In this document: positions 51,413-63,093 of the stretch, one piece after another
Layout: the number at the start of each line of letters is the position of its first letter
Position numbering within the stretch: position 1 is the stretch's first letter
Source of the DNA: Psammoneis japonica
Lineage: Eukaryota
Direction: 5' to 3'
Assembly (NCBI GenBank): GCA_008632985.1
Contig: QPGO01000153.1
Coordinates: 62,001-126,000 of the forward strand
Length of the DNA stretch: 64,000 nt
Notes under the pieces: model-generated
What the model was told of the DNA's origin: nothing
Databases searched by the model: none
What the model saw: only the letters and a program-made list of their open reading frames with translations
Translations under genes and position numbers: made by a program

Positions 51413-53731
51413 AGTTGAATGGTTGAGATGCATTGTTGGTAGTTGGAAAAGTAGACGAAGTTAAAGTTATGAACTTATATATTACCGCAAAGTCTTTGTC
51501 CCTTTGCAATCTATCGCATGTTTTTCTTCTTGTGGCTGCAAATCTTGAAGTTTCCGCACTGTCTTTTTGCAGTCTTATTGACACCACACCGTGTTATAAT
51601 TCCCACGCCTCATCTTGGATGGACTGCCCCAATCGAGAGAAACCATGTCATCAGCAGACAATGAAGGCACTAGAAACACCATCTGTCACCCCCAAATGGT
51701 TTTCCAGAGTTTGCACTGTCATTGCAAACATCCGAGCTTTACGCGGCACAAACTGCAAAGGGAATTGCACATGAGCCAGCAAACATGCTTCATGGACCAC
51801 AGCCAAAAGACATTGACAAACACAATGGCCAAGTTGGCTCTGATTCAGAGTGCATTCAACTGAGGGTGCAAGAGGCAGAAAAAGTGGCCAGACCCAGCAT
51901 CGGGATGTGCTGGCAATGGCAGTGGCTGTTTTGCAGCATCCAAAACACTTGCTTGCATCAACAAAAATGATCAAGGCAACGCAACGGGGAAGGTGTTCAA
52001 AAGCAAAGCACAACCCACACCACAGCAAAGAAGCTTTCAATGGAAATGACTGCTTTCAGCAGATGGAAACTTGCTTGCTTGCATTTGATCATCTGAGAAC
52101 AGCTGCATCCAAGGCCAGCAGCACACCAGTGAACATGGGGGGCACCACAGGTCATGAACAAGCCCGGAGTGCTCTCACCAACATGTTGGCCATTGCGTCT
52201 TGGCAGCGACAGCTCTGATGTCACAAGCACCTTGGCTTTGATGGAGGGTGCACACATCACCCAAGTTGTCCTTCCAACAAATGTTCCAGTGGTTGCTCTG
52301 GACATCAACAGAGAGACCACAAGTGTGAGATGTTTTGCCATGTGGTGCCTGTTTTGACAGTTTGGGGGATGTCTCCAGCCAGCTGTGCTCGCTAAAAAAA
52401 GTCTGCCTGTCAGTGTGTTTGGGGGTTTTGCCAGTGCATTTTTATGTGCATGGACCAGGCCTGCAGGGAGCGTTGACCACTTGTCTTTGTTGATGTTGTG
52501 TGGTGCCTGCACAGTGTTGCTGTTGCACGCATGTGCGGGCAGTGGCACCTGGTGTGCGCAGAAGCACCAAGCACATGGAGCCCCACCGCCGGGGCTGCAC
52601 TGCAGCGCATGGCACAGCAGCAGGGTGGCGGGGCCACCGGCGCCACAGATGACCATTGTGCTTGATGGATTGTGCCATTTTGGAGGCTGCAGTGAGGTGC
52701 ACAGACACTCTTTTTTCAATTTGCCGCCAAAATGGCGCATCACACAAACTCACTTGTCGCTCGATGTGTTTTTTCCAGTGTGGCTGTTTCATGTGCAGTT
52801 CATGACAAATTGCATTTGTTCAAAGCTGAGCATGTTTTTCAACTTGCCACACTGGCAACCCCAATTTTGCAGCAGTTTTGAGCTCTTTCAAAAACAGCTC
52901 CATGCACACGTTGCAGGGAATTTGTCCATTTTTTGGGAAGTTCCCATGAGCTGTGGCGTCCTCAATGGTCATTCTGCAAATCTGAGCAACACCTTTGCAC
53001 CAGACAGCCCATGTCATTTCAAAATCCAAAGGACACACTTTCAAATGGTGACAGACACCCCACACCCTGGCTGCCCGACCGACCGACTGACCCACACGAA
53101 AAAGTTTGCAACTGCCAGCCGCTGAGTGGTCAATGAAGATGTCGACTCCATCCTGCATTCACCAAAACCCCCAAATGCACAGATTGGCAGACTCTTCCAG
53201 TGCAAATTCCACACAAGATTCTTCAGCCAGCAGCTGGCTGGAGACTTCCCCCAAGTTGAAGGAGCCTTCTTGGACAAACCAAAAACACGGGACGAAGAAG
53301 TGTGTGTGTGCTTGACTGCAGCTCTGCCATTGCTGAGCCAGAAGTTGAGTGCATCCTCATCAGGGCCAGGGCATTGGCACAGGGTGTTGAAAGCATCATC
53401 ACCAGGTCAGGTGCAGAATCACCAACAAGAAAAAGACCAAGCAACTCCAGCTTGTCTGCCAGCTCTTGCAACTTTTGTGACAGGTTGTGTTGCTTCTATT
53501 TTGACTGATGTTCGTTTTGAAGGCCGGTTGTCAAGATTCAAGTTGTCGAACAAAATGGAGCAAACGAAGCAAAAAATCCAAAATCAACACCTTTCGCTCA
53601 TGGAACAACAACAAACGAACTACGGTTGTTCTGTCTTGAAACAAAAGCGACACTCACGACACTCTCTCCGTTCTCCATGTCACTGAATTTCGCTCGCATG
53701 TGCATTTCATGTCATGTGACCAAACAACAAC

Positions 53732-56700
53732 ATGACGAATTTGAGCACACTTGGCACCATTTTACTGGCATTGGGAAGTGTGTTTTTGTTGGCGGGAATC
53801 ATCACCACGGCGGTTTCCGTGGCCAATCAAAACAACAGCAACAATGATGAGGACAAGAAGAAGGATGTGTCTAAACCATCAGGTGGAACAAATGATGGCG
53901 AGACACGCTTGGAGCTCATTCCCGCCATGGCGGTGTCTCCGTTGGACCAAGACCGTCACGATTCGATTCGTGCCAATGTGGTGGCACTGGACATTTTGAC
54001 GCCAGAAGTGCTCGACACCACGGGCACACCGGCCAATCTTGCCTTGCGTTGGTTGACGGATTGCGACAAGGCCAAGCTCGCGGTCGATCACTTGGCACTC
54101 AGTCAGCGTTTTGCTCTGGCGACTCTCTTCTTTTCGACCCACACCAAGGTGAACAATGGCGATGCTGGCATTGTCATTGTGCAAAAGGCAGACGAAACGT
54201 GGAGCAACATGGAACATTGGATGACGGAAAAGGGCATTTGTGTGTGGCATGGTGTGTCGTGTCCACCCATTGTTGTGGGTGGTCGAGAGGTGATGACCTG
54301 CAACGACAATTCGGGCATGCAAGAGTTGAATTTGAACAACAACAATGTCCGCGGCAACATTCCCATGGAGGTTCGGGCCATGGAGAATTTGAAATTGTTG
54401 GATTTGGGAGGAAACAGTTTGCATGGCAGCATTCCGACGCATGTGGGACATTTGCGGGCCTTGAGTGAGTTGAGACAAAGGGCGATGACAGAAATTGAAG
54501 GCAAATGGCAAGAATTCAAACAATGACTCCTTGCTGCTGTCTAAATGGCAGATGAGTCTCCGCTCAGAGACCGTTGCAGGAGCCGAAAGGCGTGCAAGTC
54601 GGTGTGATCGGGCTACTGTCATCATTCTTGTGAGCCTTGTGGCTCGAAAGCAAACTGCATCACGCGTGAACGCGCGGAGCTAAAGCACACAAAACTGTGC
54701 GCGGCAAACTAAACAGCGCGCGACACTTCGCGCGCACCCAAATCCTGTTCTAATCCTGTCACTCCCCAGTTTGCTTGAGGAGTCACAGAAACAGATCCGA
54801 CTTCGGATGGAATGAAGTTCCAGAACATGAGGGGGCAGAGAAGGTCCCAGATTTGGGAGCAACCCCAATGCTTGCTGAGAATGTCAGCAGGGTTGCGGGA
54901 GCCTTCGATGAAGTGGAACTCAAGGCAACCAGAGGCAATTGCCTCACGCACATGGTGGAACGACAGTGCGGTGTGTCGTTTGTGTAACTTGGAGTGCGGG
55001 ATGGTGGCACTGTCTACAACCGACTTGTTGTCACCGAACATGTAGCTGACATTGCAGATCGGGATGCCAAGGTGGCGCAGGGTGATGCGCAGGTCAACAA
55101 TCTGCTCGACACAAGTCCTTGCGGCAACAAATTCAGACCCGCAGGTCGCAGTCTCCATGGTGGCTTGCTTCTTAGAGAACCAATCAGCCGGGAATTTGTT
55201 GAGGAAGTGGAGCATTCCCATGACAGAGCGTCCGGTGAGCATGCAATGGCACAAGTTTGCATCGACGCAGTGGGTGGCAGTGACGAACTTGCCAAGGGGC
55301 GGTGGAACGTCCTTCGGGATCATCTCTTCTGCCTCGCCGCACACGGAATGCATCCATTAACAGGCCGGAGCAGGGAGATCCGAATGGTCGGGCTCTTCCG
55401 TACGAACGCGGAGAGCACCGTGTCGCATCTTGGAGAGGCACCCACAGACGCGTTTGGCATGATCCAAGTGGCCTTGACGGGGCGCAGCTCGGAAGCTAGA
55501 GAGTGACATGACGGCCGTGGCAATGTCAATTCGACCAAGGGACACTGCCCATTGGAGTGAACCAACAAGAGACTGGAACTTGTGAATGCCATCGGGCTCC
55601 AGCAGCTTGGAAGTGTCCAGTTCGGGGTGGTCACCCTTCTCCAGAGGTGGCAGGGCATTGGTGGCAGGTTTCTCCCCAAACAGTCGGGTGCAACTGTCGA
55701 CCATGCGCTTGATGCACTTGCGCGGAGACAGGCACAAGGTGTCGTCAGGATCCCGGGAAAAGTCGCAACCCAGATGGAACTCAATGGGTCCCGCACCCTT
55801 GAGCTTGAACTTGTGCTTTTCCGTGAGAGCATCGACAAAAGATTGAGGGTCCTTCATGGCAATGGCGAGGTCATCCACATAAACGGCAATGCATTCACAG
55901 TGGTCGCCATTCCTGCGCATCCAAATGTCGGGTTCGGCGCGGCAGGGGAAGAAGCCTTCAGCTCGCAGGCAGTCGGCGAAGCGCTCGTGCCAGCAGAGAC
56001 CGGAGCTGCGCAGTCCATGCAGGGCCTTGTGGATGACAAGGATGTGTCCTTCAAGTTTGCCAAATTCGGGTCCGGCTGCAATGTAGAGCTTCTCTTTGGT
56101 GGTGGCTTCAAGGCAGGCATTGCCAATGTTGGTGGCCCATGTCTCCAACTCGTTGAGTTCGGCCAGGAAAATCATCAGCCGAAGGCCACGGAGGGAGACT
56201 GCTCCGGAGTGGACACCATCGACAGGTACGTCCGTGAGGTGCCCATCGGCTACAAGTCGTGCCTTGTGGCGACCGTCGTGTTTCACGTCGCACACTGGGT
56301 GCACTCGGATCTTCTTGTGTCCTGCAGGAGGAGTGGAAGACTCGAAGGGCCCGCAGTCATGGAAGACTTCATATTCGTCGAGTTGGTCCATCTCGAGATT
56401 AGTTGCGTCTCCCCATTTGCGGTTGCCGTTGCGCTCGTCTAGTGACATGGTGTGTTTGCAGTTCCGGGGAACTTCGCATCCACACTTGCAGCGAGGTGCA
56501 GTGCGGAAGGAGCGAAGCTTGGCTTGGTTGGCCATGCAAAATGGCTTCTTTTGGCGCCTCGCGATGGCGCGGAACCGCTTCCAGCCATCCGTGTCGAGAA
56601 GTCCGTTCTCTCGTGCATAGATGGCGCAGGTGACGGGGTCGTCCTTGGCGATGATGGCAAGAGGCTCGGACGTGATCTCCCCAATTTCCCATTCAAGCAT

Positions 56701-59700
56701 GATGTTGTAGCTCGAGCCTTTCCAGGTTGGGTCGTGAGGCTTCAGAGGTCCTTCGTGTGACACGATGCGTCGAAATTTCCAAACAGCAGTGTCTTCGTCT
56801 TCTTGCTCAATGTGATTCACGATGTCGTTGCAGGCAAGGACTTCCTCGCATTCGTCGTTGTTGACGGAGCAGACGAACTTAGTGAGCTCGGGATTGCTGT
56901 TCACTTTCCATTCGTGGTTTTCGACGGCCTTGACAGTGCGAGCTCTGTGGCGTTGTCCGTCCTCTTGTGGCTGCATGAGGAAGGTGCGTCCGATGATGTC
57001 TTGCGGATCGAAAACTGGCATCTTGGGTGTCCTGATCTCCCCATCAGGAGAATCGACGGGGTTGTCGTCATGGCGAGATTTGATGATGGGTTCAGGTGGC
57101 TCCCCATCAGGAGGATCAAGACGCAGGTTTCGAACGGCAGGATCGGTGGCAGCGGAGCGTACGTTGGACCGGCAGAGGATCTTCTGAGTCTCGTCAGAGA
57201 GAATCTTGAAGGTCATCTGGTGGCCGACGTGCTCAGCAATGCCAACGAAGCGTCCACGCAACTCACGGGATTTGGACGGCCAATCGGAGTCATCAAGGTG
57301 GAAGTGCACGGGTTCCCACCAGTGAAAGCGAAGCAATGGGCTGATGTCCGGGGTGGAGCCAGTGAGAGTCTCGAGGGGCGTGCGCCAGTGGAGACGTGGG
57401 GATGCTGCATGGTTGAGCATGAAGCACACATGCATGAGCGCCAGCAGCCATGTGTGGGCGGGTGAACCAAAACGATCCATGACAGTGTTCGCCATGCACT
57501 TCACGGTCTGGTGTCGACGCTCGGCAAAGTTTTGGTGTTGCTGGTGAGGCTCACTTTGCCAGCTGGAGATGAAGAGGGCTCGTAGGATCCCGAGCACTTT
57601 GTTGCTGATCTCAACTTGAGCACGGTCGCCAATGAGTTTGGGTGGGGCACCACGCTCACGGATTTGATCCTCGAGTGTGTTGACAAACTCTTTGTCCGTC
57701 TTGGTGCCGCAGACGTCAGTGACGGTAGACTCGGTGCCAACAAACAGTTGGGCACTGGTGCAACCAGAGTCGATGGCCGGGGTGTTGGCACAAACGGTGT
57801 CAGTGGCGACAGGCTCGTTGCGGCGGTGCACATTAAGGGCGGGGTTGGGTGATTTGCAGGCCTTCCTAAGGTGTGTGCCGGCGGGCATGCGGGCGCACTG
57901 CGTGGTGCAGTCAAAAGTACGACGGACCGCATCGGTGGGCAGGAAGCCAAAGCAAGGCCGAAGAGACTCGAAGGGGGGGTCCTTGGGCTGTGCAGTGCGC
58001 TCCGGGGGCGGAACGTTGTCGTCCTTGGGGTCAATCGCGTGCAGATGACACTCGTAGAACACGTCGTCATTCGGAATGAGGTGATCATCGAGGGCGGACG
58101 CGTGATCGGCAGACAAGGAAGTGGACATGATGGTCTCGTTGACAATGACACGATGACGGCAGTTGCCGCATTCGTCAAATGGGTTGGCAGTGGGATCGTC
58201 CTGCAGGTCAGAGATCGCATCGCACCACTGGTCGTCGTCAGTGACAGAGTGATCGAGGACGGAAGGATCCCATGTGTCATCACCGGTGAGGATGACATGG
58301 GGCAGGGTGTCCCATTCGGCGTCAGTGTGAGGTCGCATGGCAACACAAGGCAGGCCGGCCTTGATGTCAATGGGGATGACACAGCCATCAGGAGTGGCAA
58401 TGCGTTGCAAGCCATTGGGCACCTTGACAGAGCAATTGTTGACATCCTGTTTGTGCCATTCGAGCTGGCCACAGGAATGGATGGTCTTGCCCTTGCCCGT
58501 GCATGCGCACTGATGGAGGATGGCGATGACGGGACCACGCTGGGTCTCAATGACGGCACCAGCGGTGACAATGGGGATGTCCACCAATTGATGGTCGTCA
58601 ATGCCCTGAATGTCGACTTGGCGAGAGGTGCGTGCAATGACGCGAACGTCGTCACCAGCAATGCCGCCGTTGGCCCCACGATCGACTGGAGCACCAGTGC
58701 GTGTGGAGCGATGAGCAGAGGCAGAGCAAATGACATTGTGGTTGTTGGCACGACGGTGAGTGCGGCCGTTGAGTTCTGTGTCATCGGTGAGAGCTGGCGG
58801 AGCAGTGGGAGCGGCGGATGGCCCCGGTCGACTGGCGTTGGGGGCTTGGTTAGGAGACAACAGGCGTTGCAGATCACCGGGTGGCAGTGGCTTGCGCTTG
58901 GTGAGGTGCGCCAGGATGGGATCATCCGAAGTGGCGTCCACATTTGGAGCGGGTTCACCAGAGTCAGCAGGAGTCATGTTGGACAAGTTGACATCACCGT
59001 CACTCCCAAGGCGTTGGTCGTGAAGGTTGGCCGTAATGGACTCATGGCAGTTGCTGGCTCGCGGGTTGCTGGGAGGCGGATGAGAATGCTCAAGGATGAT
59101 CGCCTTGGAGGAATGGGGCAACGAATCCCAAATCCGTTGGTGGTCGGGAGGGAGACGTTTCCATTGGTCACCGGCGAGGCTGGGACCACGGGTGCAGGCA
59201 GCATTGGCCTGAAGGACGTCATGGCACGTCGGGGAGCTCGAGGTGTCGTCTTGGGTTGAAACGTGCTGTCGCATTGAGCTGCCGCGGAGAGGAGCAAGCC
59301 ACAGCATTGATTGCATGTGAGGCTCTTGCCACTCTGCGTGCGATGCTGATCAGCTTGGTTCTTGACAGCACGGAGTTCCTCGACAGGGTGTGCGGCATTC
59401 TCGAGCATGACGCGCTTCTGTCCTTCAGAGAAGTGGTCACTGGCCGGGATGAGTGCCTCGTGCTTGCGCAACTGATCTTGCCAATGAAGGATGAACCCGT
59501 GGGTCGGACCCTTCCAAGTGCCATCACCAAGACGTGCGGTGGTGAGGTGCGTTGGCAAGGTGGAGGACTCGACAGATGCGCGGGTGGAAGCGAGCGCACA
59601 CTCAGACAGGGCGCGGCAGACGGTCTGGGCATCAGAAGACCCCACATTTTCGCGGATGAGAGCCTTGCCCTTGTCGGTGAGAAGGATGCGTTTGAAGATG

Positions 59701-62700
59701 GCGAACATGCACTTTTGCTGTTCAGCAAAGAGCAGTTTGTCTTTGGGGCTGGTCGGTTTGTACGACGAGTCTAGAGTGCACTCGACGTCTTGGGCACGGG
59801 CTTGTGCCACAAGTGAGGTGTGCCAAGTGTGCCACTGCTTGTCGGATTTGAGAGCCGTGAAAGCGGTGGGATCACGCTTGATGCCTCGCTTGAAGTCCCG
59901 TGCCGGGTCGCGTGCCTTGGTCGGGTTGGTGACATGCGGAGGTGCGAGGGGTGAGCTGCCGATGGACACAGAAGACATGTGGTCGGGGCTGAGGCGGCAG
60001 GCAAGGAACTCGTCATGCGTGAACAACGAGGAGTCATTGGCAACGTCAAGACCTTTGTGTGCTTTGACAATGTACAGACCAACTGGAGCTGCTAACATGT
60101 TCTTATAACCACGGGGCAAAGGGATCACATTGGTGCCGTTGTCGCACTCAAGCGAGTCGATTTGGGACGGTATGAACGTGAATAGTTCTTGATGCGAGTC
60201 CGCGCCGTCTTGGGCCAAAGCCAAACGAAGAGGGCTCCCAGCACCTTGGGCAAGCACGGTTCCAACAACGTGCTCGAAACCATCGGTTTGTTGCTGACGA
60301 GTGAGAACCATGGCAGACAAAATTGGTGTCAGGACAAGCAATTCTTGTTGGGAAGCGAAGGTGGACTTGAAGCTTGGGTGAGAATGGACTTGACTTGAAA
60401 CGGACTTGACTTGAAATCTTGAACTGCCTTAAAATCAGAAGTCGCCGGGTTTTGCTGTCCCGTTCGTTGTCAAGTGCTAAACTTCCCATCCGGTCCGCAG
60501 AGTTGTGCCGGCACGTCCGAACCCGCAGCTGGTGGCGCTTTGGGTTGCTTACGAGCGGAGCAGCGGGTTGCAAACCCCTGCAGGCAAGCTGACCAGAGGT
60601 GGACAAGACCCCTGAACCGTTCTCACTTTGTGTCGGTTGGATTTCCCGATCAGGCTGGCCAGTTGATGCAGGCGTCAGGCGCTGTGGACGAATGAACAAA
60701 CGCGGGAAAGCACCCTCGCCCCAACGTAGACTGCAATCACGGCTGCTTGCTCTCACAGTCGTCCTCGTGGACCTGGCAGAACTGTGGAGCACCAGCAGTC
60801 CGGGGCGGATCAGATGCAATGGACTCGGTGTGCTTGTAGAGTGGCAGCAAAACCGCAGTCCGAAGAGTGGGTGCAGGTTCTTGGCCGTGAAGACATGTGT
60901 GTGTGCACATGTCCTCAGCGACAAAGATCCTTGAACATGCAGGGTTCTTGACCGTTGACCGATGAACAGGCATGTCAAGGGATGAGGATCAAGGATGGAC
61001 TTGGACATGACCGTTGAATGCATGTCTTCAGCGATCAAAGGCAGTGTGATCAATCCAGACATCCAGCGGCAAGGAGACTTGATGGTGACGTTAACTTCCT
61101 GCCGATGCCCTGGCATTGAATGCGCGCAGACTTGCCGATGCATGCAGAACATGCACGGAGGTCCACGCAGAATTGAGGTGGCGTTGTTGGCAAATCAACG
61201 ACGACGATGGCGGTTGCTCAATGGGTTGACAATGAGCAAGACTGTTGATCTGACAGAAATTGAAGGCAAATGGCAAGAATTCAAACAACAACTCCTTGCT
61301 GCTGTCTAAATGGCAGATGAGTCTCCGCTCAGAGACCGTTGCAGGAGCCGAAAGACGTGTGAGTCGGCACAATCGGGCTGCTGTCATCATTCTTGTGAGC
61401 CTTGTGGCTCGAAAGCAAACTGCATCACGCGCGAACGCGCGGAACTAAAGCACACAAAACTGTGCGCGGCAAACTAAACAGCGCGCGATGCTTCGCGTGC
61501 ACCTAAATCCTGTTCAAATCCTGTCAGGCGAGTTGGACTGGGTGCACTTTTGAGACTGTTTTGCTCACTGTTTTTGTTCTTTTTCCATTTTTCAGCCAAC
61601 TTGCACTTTGTGCAAAACAAACTCACGGGCTTTGCACCCTCGGAATTGGGCATCTTGACCGATCTGGAAAATTTTCACGTTAGAAACAACCTCTTGGAAG
61701 GCCAGGTTCCGACGGAGATTTCCTTGCTCAAGAAGCTGGAGTCGTTTGGATTGGATCAGAATCATCTTTCGGGGGCACTTCCGGATGTGTCCAAGTTTGA
61801 TAAATTGAGTAAGTGTTCAAAGCGAGTGCTGCTGTGGGCGCGCTGAATTAATCTCACGTATTGGGCGCAACCTTCGCGGTGAAGGGGGGGGGAGGGGGGG
61901 AATCGTAAAATCACGTGTTATTCTGTAAAACACGTGCTTCGTCGTGTAAAACACACATTTTGGCTCATTATCCTATATCTTACGTAGGATCCTACGTAGC
62001 AGGCTTTTTCGAGCATTCGTCGGTCTGTCGTCGGTCTGTCGTCGGTCTGTCGTCGGTCATTTTTGATGGCAAACTCAAACCAAAAGGAACCCGGAAGTGA
62101 ACATTCACTGTCAGTGCGCGCGATTTGAATGCGCAAACACCAAAAACTGCTCGACTCGACTGTCGAAAGCACCATGACGACCCAAGCCGCTGCTTGTTAC
62201 TAGGGCGTTTTACAAAACAGGGGTGTTTTACACATTTTGACAATCTGGGGTGAAAGTGGGGTCAGGGGCACCGCCCAATACGTGAGATTAATTCAGTGCG
62301 CCCTATCGGAAAGCTTCATTTTACATGATACTTATGCATGCGCTTTTGTCACACTTTTACAGCGGCTCTCTATTTGGATAATAATGCCTTTAGCGGTTCC
62401 ATTCCGTTTGAATGGTCCAGTCTTGTGTCTCTCAAGGATTTGCGCTTGAACCGAAACTACTTGACGGGAGAGTTGCCATCGACTCTGTTCAAGATGCCCC
62501 GTTTGGAACTCATGTATTTGGGAAACAATATCTTTACGGGAACTGTCCCAGATTTGTTTTCTGGAACACCCCGCTTGCTGGAGGTCCAGCTGTACAAGAA
62601 TGAGTTTACGGGCTCCGTGCCGGCTTCGTTGGGATCGTTGAGTCTGTTGCGTCTCTTGTATTTGGACACAAACGACTTTTCGGGAGAGCTCCCGGATACC

Positions 62701-63093
62701 CTGGGTAACTTGGATGACTTGACGGCGCTTTATGCCTATGACAATTACTTGGAGGGCCAGTTACCCACGACGCTGGCCAAAATGAAGAATCTCAAGGACC
62801 TGCGGGTCGACCAAAACTCGTTGACTGGAACGATTCATACAGAAATGAGTCAGTTGATCAATTTGGAGTATCTTCATTTACATAGTAACGAGCTGACAGG
62901 TTCCGTGCCGGGCGAACTCCAGGAACTGGATCGCCTCAAGTCGTTCCGTTTTTATTGGAACCAATTTTCCGGCACGGTGCCGGATCAAGTCTGTGCTCTC
63001 AAGTCAAAGCATCAACTCGAGTTTATCGCTGCTGATTGCGATGAAACGGAAGGTAATATTGAATGCGAGTGCAGCAATGAGTGCTTTCCGTAA
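53732..63093 (+). CDS. LRR receptor-like protein 6; Copia in intron 1, MITE in intron 2; exons 1-2 hypermutated but open (may be a pseudogene)
   Basis: Exons 53732-54464, 61596-61808, 62363-63093; GT/AG sites intact; TDYDK->TDCDK, TYNDN->TCNDN, LYFMQ->LHFVQ, QNYLS->QNHLS. Confidence 0.8.
54486..54761 (-). repeat. 3' LTR of Copia copy 2 (276 bp)
   Basis: Adjacent to the PPT-like tract (ctccccag on +). Confidence 0.95.
61251..61526 (-). repeat. 5' LTR of Copia copy 2 (276 bp)
   Basis: Direct repeat of 54486-54761. Confidence 0.95.
61836..62303. mobile_element. 468-bp MITE, 32-bp TIRs, 3-bp TSD (possibly PIF/Harbinger-type)
   Basis: TIR GGGCGC(G/A)CTGAATTAATCTCACGTATTGGGCG; flanks TGT (61833-61835) and TAT (62304-62306); empty site gctgc-tat-cgg in gene 5 (~50623). 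Confidence 0.92.

Larger units (their letters stand above)
54486..61526 (-). mobile_element. Ty1/Copia LTR retrotransposon (CoDi-like), copy 2, near full length (7041 bp); hypermutated
   Basis: LTRs 54486-54761 and 61251-61526; perfect TSD GGCGA (54481-54485, 61527-61531); empty site visible in gene 5 (~50317); gag MVLTRQQQ..FKRGIKRD; pol with YVDD; ~6 Tyr in the 1319-aa ORF. Confidence 0.97.

Noticed and set aside
53400..54485. GC-biased gene conversion as the cause
   Set aside because: It would not be TpA-specific, and CpG is lost in the same tracts.
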